From NCBI GenBank assembly GCA_963796965.1, contig CAWCNS010000004.1, forward strand, positions 864,001 through 928,000: DNA of 64,000 nucleotides. Direction: 5' to 3'. Source of the DNA: Calditrichia bacterium. GTDB lineage: Bacteria; Calditrichota; Calditrichia; JAJRVZ01. Below, piece after piece: positions 31,319 through 43,523 of this stretch (the stretch's first letter is position 1; each line of letters begins with the position of its first letter). A program made the position numbers and the translations under genes. A model generated the notes under the pieces. The model saw only the letters and a program-made list of their open reading frames with translations, ran no database searches and was not told where the DNA came from.

Positions 31319-32031
31319 ATGGTAATGGCATCTAAAATTAAATATTTACTTTTGGATCTGGATGGTACTTTAATTCAGTTTGATATCGATATTTTTATCC
31401 AGGAATATCTCAGTTTAGTTCAAAAACAATTTTCACACTATGCATGTGCAAAGTCCGTGCCAGAATGGATATTGAAGGGGACAGAGATAATGCTAAGTGA
31501 TGTAGGAACAATGACTAATAAAGAGAAATTCCTGCATTATTTCGGAGATAAGACAGGTCTGTCAGAAGAGAAGATCTGGGAAATATTTATACATTTTTAT
31601 AAAAATGATTATGAGCAGATAAAAAGTATTACAAAACCGATTGCAGGAGCTAGAAACGATTTTAGAAGCTGCCCAGACCAAAGGATTCATGTTAATTATT
31701 GCTACCCAACCGGTTTTTCCTGAATTTGCCATTCGAAGACGTCTGGCCTGGGCTGGTGTTGAACATATACCATTTCATCTGATAACCCATATAGAGAATA
31801 TGTATGCGTCGAAACCTCATCCCCAATATTTTGAACAAATTTTGAGCATGCTTGGCGCGATGAGTGATGAATGTTTGATGATTGGAAATGACAGGGAAAT
31901 GGATTTGGCCTCAGATAAAGTGGGTATACCTTCCTATTATTTAACAAATACTATTAATAGCGAAATCCCAGAGGGTCAGAAGATTATATGGAGATTTTGA
32001 CAACTTAGGGAAGATATTAGATATCATTTAA
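31319..32031 (+). CDS. HAD-family hydrolase (frameshifted)
   Basis: LLDLDGTL motif I; ATQPVFP; KP..QYF; CLMIGND..MD. Confidence 0.88.
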
Positions 32032-32170
32032 GCAAACAAAACGTGTAAAAATCATTGCTAAACTCCTTATTTTTCAATATATTATACTCCAACATTTTTT
32101 AATTCTTTAAACATGACATAATATATGGACTCACCAATATTTTATTTAAATTTGGTACTTGTGACTTAAA

Positions 32171-32184
32171 TTGATAACGATCAC
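32171..32184. promoter_or_regulatory. Candidate CRP/FNR-family binding site
   Basis: TTGAT-AACG-ATCAC, 9/10 match to TTGAT-N4-ATCAA, in the intergenic region upstream of the secreted-protein array. Confidence 0.3.
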
Positions 32185-32591
32185 ATCATTGATAATGGAG
32201 ATAAAGTAGATTTACCTGTTATTCAGGTTAAGAATATGAGCGAATGTAATATGCCAAATCATAAGAATGGATGTTATTTGATTTGAGGACTATGCCGACA
32301 GAGTATTTTATAGCACATATGTAATTTCCGGTTTGTGTATTTCCGGTGCAGATGTATCAAATATAGATTAATGAGCATCTAAATATTATAACAGTTTAAA
32401 GAAATGATAGATAGGAACAATAAAATTAGAAATTACTAAAATTATTAATAATACTTGCCGAATATTAGAATAATCATGGATTATCATTTTGAGAATATTC
32501 TCAGAATGAGAATCTAAAAATTTATGCCATGAAAATGATTTATTGTCGATAACTCTTATAAATATAATAAGATAAATGTATAAATATTTCT

Positions 32592-32607
32592 TTGGCATGA
32601 TAGTTGA
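32592..32607 (+). promoter_or_regulatory. Candidate sigma54-like -24/-12 promoter
   Basis: TTGGCATG-ATAG-TTGA about 45 nt upstream of ATG 32653; the -12 element is GA rather than GC. Confidence 0.3.
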
Positions 32608-32652
32608 GATAAAATTATTAATGAATAATATATTTTGGGGGTTATATAGACA

Positions 32653-35600
32653 ATGAAAGAATTTTACATTAAAAAATATTTAAAGTATTCCTTCGGTATA
32701 TTAACTTTGGTTTTTATGCTGCTAATGTCAGTAACCTTCTTGCAGTAGGGCCAGTGACTGTAACGGTTATTCCCGATACGACGAATAACTATGCGGAATA
32801 TCAGATTTCAACATCGATTACGGGCAACGGTAAGAGCAATGATCTGGCCCAGGGTGTCGATTATGTCTATGTGCAATTTGATACGGCTACGGTACTTCCT
32901 TCTTCTATTTCGGCGTCACTGATCTCGATTAATGGACTACCATTAAATTCTGCGCCTTCAATAGCCGATCAAACGATTAGTATGCTGGTACCAGTTAATA
33001 TTGAGAATGACGGAAATCCCGAGATTAACATTGTTATTTCTGCCAGTGCTCAGATCAAAAATCCGGGTGATTCAGGTAGCCATTCTCTAAACATCTGGAC
33101 GACAGGTTCAACGGATGATGATCCTCCTGGGGTCGGAACCTATACCTTATATCTGTCTTCATCTACTGTGTCAGTCGCTTCGGTTACGCCAAATCCATCG
33201 GTTGCCGATGAGAATGCTTCCTATAATGTTTCCTTTAATGTCGGCAATGGGGGCTTTCTTACAGCAAATGTCAGCTCTATAGTACTCGCCTTTGACCCTG
33301 ATACAGATGTGCCGACCGGAAGCCTCTCAGGGGTAACTGTAAATAGTACAGCAGCGACCGCTGTCGCCAGCAATGATACGGTGGTGATTACATCTCCGGT
33401 AAATATTGATAATGATGGATCTGTTCAGGTCGTGTTTGCCAGTGGGGTCGGATTAAAGAATCCTGTTACAGCAGGAGATTATACCTTGTCCGTGAGCACA
33501 AGTTCGGAACCAACCTTTGTTTCGTCCGAATCTTATACCATATCACCGTTCGGGCAATTGTCAATTTCTGCAATTTCCTCCAAACCAGATACCGTTAATC
33601 AATCTGGTGAATTTGCATTTGATTTACGTACCGGATCTTCCGGAGCCCTGACAGGTGAAAGTGATGGCTTGACAGTGATTTTTGAGCCTAATACATATCT
33701 CCCAGGGACTATTTCATCTGGAAATATTTCAATCTTTACAAATGGCAACGGTTATAATGCTTATTCTGTTTCTGTAAGCAACTCGGATCCAACTGATGAA
33801 GATACAGTGGCAATTGTAACACCTTATGATATTCCGGCCTCTTCAGATGTGACGATTACGTTTAATTCATCTGCCGGGTACCAAAATCCATCGGTAGCAG
33901 GAAATTATGTTATCAAATTATATACGAGCGTTGAAACAACGCCAGTCACCTCAAATTCCTTTTCGATTTTCGCAACAACGACTCAAGTCTCAGAGGCTCT
34001 TGTAACACCGGTTAGTAGTGATCCCAATATAAATAGTTCATATGAAATGGAATTTACACTCGGCTCAAAAGGAAGGCTTAAGGCCGGTACAAGTACTGTC
34101 ACGGTTTCGTTCCCATCGGGTTACACTGTAAGTGGAACTGCCGCAAACTATGATTCTACCTATATTACCATTGCCGGGGGCAGTCCGATTAAGATTGACG
34201 AAACCTCGCAAATTGCTGCGAATGCCACGAACAGAACGGTACAAATTACAGTACCTGATAATGCTTTAACGGAAAACAATAATAGTATCAACCTATTTAT
34301 AGGAGGAGAGGTAGGTAATACCACCATAACAAATCCAACGACCGAAGGAACGTATCAGGTTGCTGTCAATACCAGTGTCGAAACCGGCACAGTCCAATCA
34401 ACATCATTTAGCATCGGGGGGACGTCGATTGACATCCTGAGTATCGCACGCAATGACTCAACAGTTAACAGTACCTCGTCTTATGATTTCTATCTGGACA
34501 TCCAGACCCAGCTTAATAAAAACAATAATGATTATATAAAAATAGTTTTTCCTTCCGGTACCATATTACCAGAAACGATTAATATAGCCAATATGAGTAT
34601 TGATGGGGATCAGCCGAAGACACCAATAAACGTAAATACTGAAACAAGAACCATTACTGCTAGAGTGTCGACTTCCATTAACCCAGACAATCCTCAATAT
34701 GATCCTTTTCATGTTATAATTAGCGAAGCTGCTGGAATTATTAATCCGTCAGTACCTAGCTCAACATTTTACAGATACACACTTTATACCAGTAAAGATA
34801 CAAAACTTGTCACCTCAGATTATTATCAAATGGTAAGTAGTGACAGTTCGGTATCGAATGTTTCAGCATCAGCAAGTCCTGCTGTCGTCAACATTTCTAA
34901 TGTGGCCTATACGATAAATTTTACAACGTCGTCAATAGGTCGTTTAATCGGTGGAGCTGCTGCTGGATCAAGCACGATTACGGTTGATTTTGATAACGCC
35001 ACAATTGTGCCTGCGACAATCACTGCCGGTAATGTTGAAGTTAATTCAGTTCCCTGTCAAAACGTGACCGTTGATGCCAGCGGCGCAGGAGGTATTGTGA
35101 CGGTAACAGTACCAAATGGTGTAACTATTGAAAACGGTACGAGCGCTACAGTACTATTTAAAAGTACACTTGGATTCGCAAATGCTGATATATCAGATGG
35201 AACGTATACGGTTCAGGTTAAAACGTCTTCTGATGGGATTAACGGATCGGGAAATTATACACTCACGGCATCCCAGGATCTCTTCATTACTTCGGTAACA
35301 CCTTCTCCCTCGCTACAAAATGCCAGTGCTGGTTATTCTGTTGCCTTTACCCTTGGCAGCGGTGGGGCTTTATCTATCGGTGATACCATCAGGATAATTT
35401 TCCCTTCAAACACTTATTTGCCGCAGACGATGAGCACCAGTGATGTCCTGGTTAATGGCAGTAATCCGCCATCAGCGCCGCTGATTTCAGGTCAGACATT
35501 AAAAATAAGAGCACCGGAAATACTTAGTGGATTGGATCCGGTCACGGTTCTGATCAATCAGGTCGCCGGGGTTCTCAACCCAACCACGATTCAGAGTTAT

Positions 35601-37580
35601 ACATTGCAAGTTACAACTGATGCCGAGGCCGGACCATTTACCTCGCCAAGTTATAGTATTACGAAAACTTCAACGACAGTGTCCTCTATAAATGTAATAC
35701 CCAATCCAATTACGCCTTCAGTGGCTGCTGACTATACGGTGGATTATACAACAGGTGCAAACGGACGGCTCATCGCCGGTACCAGTACGATTACGGTTAC
35801 ATTCAATACCCAGACAACGGTCAGCACGACGCCTGGTGATTATGGAAGCACATACATTACAGTGGATGGCAGTCAGACGCAGATACCTACAACGGATATC
35901 ACGATCGTTGGCAAGGCCATTACCATGGTCGTTCCATCTGGTGTCTCTGTTGATAATGGGGATGCAGTTTCCATACTTATTAGCGGAACGAATCCTATCA
36001 CCAATCCGGCAGCTGGTTCATATACATTGCAGGTAAAAACAAGTGTTGAAACCTCAGATATCACTTCAAATTCATATACCATATCCAATGCTCAGGCTGT
36101 AACCGGTATCGTGAACAGTCTGAGTGTAAGCACGGTCAATGCAGAATCGGCTTATGAAATCAGGTTCCGGGCTGCGGTCAGAATTGCCGCTGGTGGTACC
36201 ATCACGGTTACTTTCCCGTCGAACACTTTAGTACCGTCCAGCATGCCAAACGCTACTGTTACGATTGCACACGATGCTTCAAATCCAGATGCAGATACCC
36301 CAAATAATGCTTCAGCGGTATCAACAAATTCATCGACAAGGGTCGTTACGATTACGATTCCGGAAGTAATTGCAGACGTCGCACCGGATTCTGTTATCGT
36401 CCGGTTTTTATCAAGTGCCGGTCTGGAAAATCCTTCCCTCGACGGGAGCAAGACCCTGCAGGTCAAAACAAGTTCTCAAAATGTGAACGGAACATCAGCT
36501 GCTTACACTTTGAACACTACAACTACGACTATACTGAATTTTTCTATCGATGTAACTCCCAGAGAATCTTCAGTTAGTGGTCAGTATACCTACAGCTTTA
36601 CCACAGGTTCTCTCGGACGTCTGGTGGCTGGCACAAGTACAATCCATTTGTTTATTCCCGATGATGCAACCTTTACTCAGGGTGTACCGGCCCTTTCTAA
36701 GGTTACAGTGAATGGAACTGCCGCCCAGGCCCTTACACTAAATACCGGCGCTGGTACTGATCCGGATGAATTAATTGTCACCGTACCCTCCAGTGTTACC
36801 ATTGGAAATTCGACAAATGTTACGGTAATAATTGATGAGACCGCTGGATTGCAAAATGCATCGACAACGACTGCCCTGAATTATTCTGCTTTTACAAGTG
36901 TTGAAACTTCAGGACAGGGAGGCGACTTTTCATTACCTGTTGAGTTGAGTAGTTTTACAGCGGAGAGTGAATCAGGTGTTAATTATCTGGAATGGGTTAC
37001 GGAGAGCGAGTTAGAAAATGCCTATTGGATGATTGAACGTAAAAAAATATCCAAAGAGGAATATAATGCAATCCAGAAAGGCGAAGTAGATGTTAGTATG
37101 GTCGGAAAGCCCTTTGAGGTTTTGGATCATATTGAGGGGCAGGGAAGTATTTCTTTGGAAACCCAATATAGTTATGCAGATTCTCTGGTAGAAGTTGGAT
37201 CTGTTTACGGTTATCGCCTTGCTGATGTATCTTATAACGGTGATGTAACTTACCATGATGTCATCTATGTTGAGGTACAGGCTCCATCAGAATTTGTTCT
37301 GTTCAAAAATTATCCTAACCCATTCAATCCCAGCACAACGATAAAATACAACCTGCCGGTTGAATCAAGAGTTGAATTGAAAATTTACAGCGTGTTGGGT
37401 CAGGAAATCATCACCCTGGTAGATGATATGGAAAAGGCTGGTTATCATCAAATGCAGTGGAATGGAACTACCCGCTATGGCCAGTCTGTTGCCAGTGGTA
37501 TGTATATCCTGGCTTTCAGAGCAAAGGGAAGCGGAGGAAAAGAACATACAAAAATGATGAAGATTCTTCTCATTAAGTAA
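32653..37580 (+). CDS. Large secreted protein: ~10 beta-sandwich-like repeats plus T9SS type-A/FlgD-like C-terminal domain (signal region frameshifted)
   Basis: Ten NP/NA..G.Y.L.V.TS-type repeats; LPVELSSFTA..LEWVTESE; NYPNPFNPSTTIKY.LP, IY..LGQ, VASGMY, terminal KILLIK. Confidence 0.88.
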
Positions 37581-37583
37581 AGA

Positions 37584-37618
37584 TACCTGGTTCTGGGCAC
37601 TTGGTACTCGGTTTCGGG
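37584..37618. repeat. Degenerate heptamer tandem array
   Basis: tacctgg ttctggg cacttgg tactcgg tttcggg directly after the stop codon. Confidence 0.5.
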
Positions 37619-37714
37619 TAAAGACGGGTCAACTTTATTTCAATATTACTTGACAGAAAACCGGGATTGACGCAACTTTTGTTCCCAATTTCCAGTATCT
37701 TCCACTCAAAATCT

Positions 37715-37750
37715 AAAACCTGTCGCAATTTCATGTGGCAGGTTTTTTTT
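37715..37750 (+). terminator. Rho-independent terminator
   Basis: AAAACCTGTCGCA-atttca-TGTGGCAGGTTTT plus T tract. Confidence 0.8.
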
Positions 37751-38007
37751 ATTAAATTTTTATGGTTCAGGATCTTTTATTTAGGTTCTTCGTAATGGAT
37801 AAATGGGCCAAATTCAAGTTATATTTAGCCAGGATTATTTATTTCTTGCTAAGGTAGTAAAGCTTTAACAGTATGTAACCAGTTTTTTTTTCACGAAGTT
37901 CAAGAATGAATCACGAAGTGCCAGGAAGATATATTTATTAGTAGCCATGGGCTGTGGTACGAATAGATAAAGCATGTCGTTTTAGAATTGTGAGTGAAAA
38001 GTTTCGC

Positions 38008-41000
38008 ATGAAATTTATATTTGTAATCCTCATATTAATGCCCACCTTTTTGTTTGCGCTTGAGGAGCCTGAAGTTATTGTATCCCCTGATAGTACAAAT
38101 CAATTTGCCCATTATAGGATAAAAACCAGATTGGATCCACCGGCGCCCTGGATTCAGGTCGAGGCAAATATCGATAGTATTATTATCGAATTTAATGCCA
38201 ATACGGTTCTGCCGGATAAAATTATTCCTGCCCTTGTTTCTGTTAATAATATTTCAAGTGGAGGAGTACGGATTACCGGGCAAAGAATGTCCATCTTAGC
38301 ACCAACCGAGTTAAGAAATTATCTGCAAGGAATACAGGATATTACGATTGATATTTCAGCTGAATGTGGTATCCGAAATCCTTCCCGTAAAGGTAGTTAT
38401 AATCTTGAAGTAACATTAATTGACTCGGATGGGACAGTACTTTCCGGACCACATGTTTCAACTGCCTATCTGATTAATATATCCCATTCACGGCTCGGTG
38501 TGTTGGCTGTTTCCTCCACGCCACCGCTTCCCGGTAAACCTGCAGGATACCGGGTATCCTTTAACACAGGTGCATCTGGATATCTCAAAGCCGGATCAGG
38601 TAGGATATCTATCAAATTTGATGATCGGATCAAAGTTCCAAGAGGGACCCTGGCAGGTGTTAAGGTCAATGGAACAGCCGCAATAGCGACCGGAAGTATG
38701 AATACAGCGGTTATAACTACACCTGTTGAAACTAGATAGCCGGAAGACAGTCATGGTCAGTTTCGACCTGGGAACCGGTATCAGGAATCCGGTATCAATG
38801 GGTGAATTTCATCTGGCTGTCAAAACAAGCTCTGAACGCACATATATTAATTCCCCGCCTTTTACAATTTTTGATGGGAATACATTGACTATCTCGGATG
38901 TATCATTAATCCCTGATCGTGCGAACGCAGCAGCCACTTACAAAATAGAATTTAATACGGGGGCTAAAAGCGCTATTGTCGCAAATCATGATACCGTATC
39001 GCTTATTTTTGAAAGAAACACTGGTTTGCCAGATATGATTGTGCCTTCAGATGTTCTCGTGAATGTTGGAGGGTATAGTGATTATGCCGCAGATGTTTGG
39101 ATTTACAATCGTCAGAATACCAATGAAGATACAATATGTTTCATGATGCCTATTGATGCAGAAGTGTTGACAAATATTATGATTAAAATTGATGAGCGTG
39201 CTGGAATTTTAAATCCTTCTGAAATGGGACGATACAAAATTTCTATATTGAGTAATCACCAAACGGAAAAATCATCCTCAAATCCCTATTTTGTAAATCA
39301 GTCTGAGACAAAAATAGGTAAAGCGCATGTAACTCCTGATTCCCTTAGTTTAAATGTTGCGAGTGCTTATGGTATTGGTTTTAGTGTTGGCGCAAATGGT
39401 AGACTCATGCCTGGCAGAAGCAGCATTAATTTATCGTTTTCTGACGAATTTAAATTTAGTCCTTCTGTTGCGGCATTTGACTCTATAAGCCTGTCCATTT
39501 CGAATAGAAATCCCATTTTTATTAATTCTGAAAAGGTTTTAATTGATTACGAGAGAAAGTTAATTAAAATCCAAATCCCGGATTCAATGACGATTGAAAA
39601 TGAGGATTATGTTTATCTGAAAATTGGTGGGGCTGGAATCCGACCGATTGTGAATCCGTCACAAACAGATACGTATTTTATTGCGTTATCAACAAGTGTT
39701 GAGGCTGCACCTGTCTCCTCTCAACTCTTTACAGTCGGTGGAACTTCAGTTACAATCGATGAATTAATTTTAAGTAATTCGATTGTAAATAATCCTTCCG
39801 CATTTACCTTTAATCTCACGACTCAAACCGCTTTAAAACAATCAGATGCTGATTATATTCAAGTTACCTTTCCGCAGAGTACTAAACTTCCGGAGGCAAT
39901 CTCATCGTCAGATATATCCATTAATGGTGTCGAGGCAAGGTCGGTCTCGATTGTTCAATCAACAAAAACAGTTACTGTTACAGTTCCACAGTTTATTATT
40001 GTTGCCGGTGAATCATTATCAATCAGAATTTCAGAAGATGCGGGTATATTAAATCCTGATATACCGTCGGAAACAGCCTATAGAGCAAATCTACGGACAA
40101 GTAAGGATATTACACCGGTTAGAACATCTCCATACTCTATCTCAGGAGGTCATACACGTGTCAGTATAAGTGATGTTTTGGTTGAGCCTGCTGTTAAGAA
40201 TATGAAAAACGTTACATATGATATCCGGCTAGTTACATCTTCAATGGGTAGAATCTCAGGAGGTGTTCTTGACAATACGGGTACTATTACAATCGATTTT
40301 GATACGGTTACTTTTGTTCCTCCTGCTATGAACGCGGGTCATATCCGAATAAATGATAGACTCAGTTCTGATATCCAGGTTCTAAAAGCCGGAACAGGGG
40401 GGCGTGTGAGGGTGTCTCTGCCAAAAGATCTGGAAATCAAAAATAATTCTCCTGTTCAGATATATTTTGAATCTGCAGCTGGTCTGGCTACAAGGGATTT
40501 TTTTGGTGATTTTTGTATAGGGATCAGAACATCCTCAGATACGGTTCTTACGAAAACAAATGGTGAATACCTAATTGAGGAATTAAAGTCACTTGTTGTG
40601 AATTCGGTAGAGGCAAGTTCCTATCTTCAAAACGCCAATTCTGCCTATTCAGTCCGAATCACCACAGGGAGTGAAGGGAAATTGGCTGAAGGTGATAGTA
40701 TCCATCTTGTCTTCCCCACGAGTACTATTTTACCGGCAGCCGTGAATAAACAGGATATAGTTATAAATGGTTATAATCTGAAGGAATTACCTCCTATCAC
40801 AGGTAATATCCTTTCCGTTCCTGTACCCTTCACTATTGAACGCATGTCGCCAATAAGGCTATTGATAAATAAGGGCGCTGGAATTCACAACCCAATTCTT
40901 AGTGGTACATATGCCCTGAAAGTAGCTACGACCTCAGAAAGAGATTTTCTGATCTCTCCAATTTATCGAATTAAACAAACAAGCAGCACAGTTTCAAATA

Positions 41001-42898
41001 TCAGCTTCACAGCAGAACCCGTGACAGTGGGGATGAATGCTGTATATAAGGTGAGTTTTAAGACTGGATCAAATGGCCGACTTCTGAGTGGCGTAAGCAC
41101 AGTTACATTGACATTTGATGAACAGACATTACTTAGTCAATCGATAAGTGACTACGACAGTTCATTTATCTTTGTAAAAAACTCATTAAGTCCTATCCCT
41201 AAAGAAAACTTTGCCATTAGTGGTCCTGTACTTACTTTTATTATACCAAGAACTATTCTGATTGATAATGATGATCAAGTGACCGTTTTTCTTCAAGGAA
41301 AGTCCTCTTCAGGACCGATTCGAAATCCCCAAAAAGCGGGCACATACAGAATTCAGGTTAAAACAAGTGTAGAGAAACATGATATAACCTCAGGTCCATT
41401 AAACATATCGGCTGTTCCTCCGGTCGCAAATGTTAATGCAAAAATTCTGCCCAACATGGTAAACGCGAAAATATCTGCAAGTGTATCGTTCAAAGTTCAA
41501 CGAGAAATCAATAAATCAGATGGTACAATAACCATTACATTTCCCCGGCATACTCTGGTTCCGTCACTGATTCAACCCTTTAACATACGGATTGCCCACG
41601 GAAAACAAAACCCGGATAATTTTTCACCTGTATCAACCATTATTACAAATCAGGCAGAGCGAACCCTAACAGTGACTTCTCCATCAACTATTAATAGGGG
41701 AGATATGGTCAAGATTGAAATCGATTCCAATGCAGGATTTGATAACCCATCGATTCCGGGAAACTATTCACTAAAGGTAAGGACAAATTCCCAGGAAGTT
41801 GATGGCCGGTCTGCCATATACACACTAAAACCTGCTGACACCGAGATTGTTAATTTATCTGTCAACATTGTACCAAATACGCCTGGTGCATATAGTCGTG
41901 TTTCTTACAGTTTTACGACAGGTTCCCGGGGTCGTCTCATCTCAGGCGAAAGCAATATTAGTCTGGTTCTACCAGGTGATAACGTATTTACCCAGGGTGT
42001 ACCTGCGCCTTCTAAAGTTACCGTAAATGGTGTTTCTGCCCATTCACTAAAACTTATAAGTAAGAGCCGACAATCCGCCGATACCCTGATTGTTACAATC
42101 CCAAATTCCGTTACGATAGGCAATGAGACAGATGTTACGATAGTGATTGATTCAACTTCGGGTTTGAAAAATGCCTCGACGACAGCAACATTAACCTATG
42201 CAACATTTACAAGTGTTGAAACTAAGATCCAGGGTGATCATTATTCCTTACCAGTCCAATTGACGAACTTTACCTCAGAGAGCAAATCCGGTTATATCGT
42301 TCTTGAGTGGTTAACTGAAAGTAAACTGGAAGAGGCACAATGGATGATTGAGAGAAAAGAAATATCTCAAATCGATTATGAATCGATTCAAAATGGTCAG
42401 AAGAATATAGAATCGATGGGAAATTCGTTCGAAATATTATCTTATCTTAAGTCAAACAAAAGTATGGATATTCAAACCCGTTATGTGTTTGTCGATTCAT
42501 TAGTTCAGCTCGGTGCTGTCTATGCTTATCGTCTTTCTGATGTAAATGATAATGGAAGAGTTAATCATCATGGCGTACTTTACCAGGATGTTACGCCTGC
42601 CTCGGAATTTCTGCTCTTGCGAAATATTCCAAATCCGTTTAATTCCAGTACGAAAATCAGATTTTATTTACCTGAAGAAGCGGAGGTCGATCTGAAAATA
42701 TATGATCTGGTTGGGCAGGTAATAAGAAGTCTAGCAGATGATGTAGTAAAGAGTGGATTGCATGAAATCGCGTGGAACGCGTCAAACAGAAATGGTAGTC
42801 CCGTAGCCAGTGGGATGTATGTCGTTTCATTCAGAGCAAAAGGTATCCGGACAGAAAAAGAGTATACACAATTGATGAAGATTCTTCTTGTACGCTAG
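38008..42898 (+). CDS. Colinear paralog of the 32653..37580 secreted repeat protein (frameshift near 38730)
   Basis: Signal peptide MKFIFVILILMPTFLFA; shared blocks such as FTQGVPA.SKVTVNG and NASTT..L.Y..FTSVET; NIPNPFN C-terminal domain ending KILLVR. Confidence 0.88.
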
Positions 42899-43050
42899 AT
42901 CCTCTATCCTGGCCACTTGGTAGGTGGTCCAGGGCTTTCGATTCTTTGCGATTAGTAATTTACACAGGTTTCTGGAAAGTATTATAAATATTCATAGGGA
43001 TACAAAATTCTCATAAAACTACTTGACAACTTGATGGGTTGATCATACTT

Positions 43051-43106
43051 TCCCCAATCCCCAATCCCCAATCCCCAATCCCCAATCCCCAATCCCCAAT
43101 CCCCAA
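43051..43106. repeat. Perfect heptamer tandem repeat (TCCCCAA)8
   Basis: Eight exact copies counted; minus strand is (TTGGGGA)8. Confidence 0.97.
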
Positions 43107-43523
43107 ATTTTTCCTCCAAATACTCTCATTTTGAGACAAAATCTCATTTTTAAACAGATCAGTTTTACTTACACAAATCTCCATCATAACATTAGCGCGC
43201 TATAATATTAATAAAAACAATTAGATAGGACGTGTCCTGATATTGTGGCACAGTATATGTATTATAACAGATCAGGAATGGAAAATCATACTAATGTTTT
43301 TAATAATTAGGGCCGAATATAGTATAACCATTGTACAATTAATGGGTTATGCAAAAGTTTAGGTTCAGGGGGAATCACTTATGGATGAAATATTATTTAT
43401 TGTATCTCTAATCTGACTCCATTTTAACGATATAGATTTTTAGACAGGATAAACATAAGAATTCTATCAAATGATAGGATTTAATTATTATAAAATAAGA
43501 CATAAAATATTTTTGAGGTAATC

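Noticed and set aside
32386..32598. 70 aa ORF in the track
   Set aside because: It actually reads from the minus strand, lies in very AT-rich intergenic DNA and has no recognisable features
43051..43106. CRISPR array or telomere
   Set aside because: 7-nt units with no spacers, no cas genes, and an internal intergenic position
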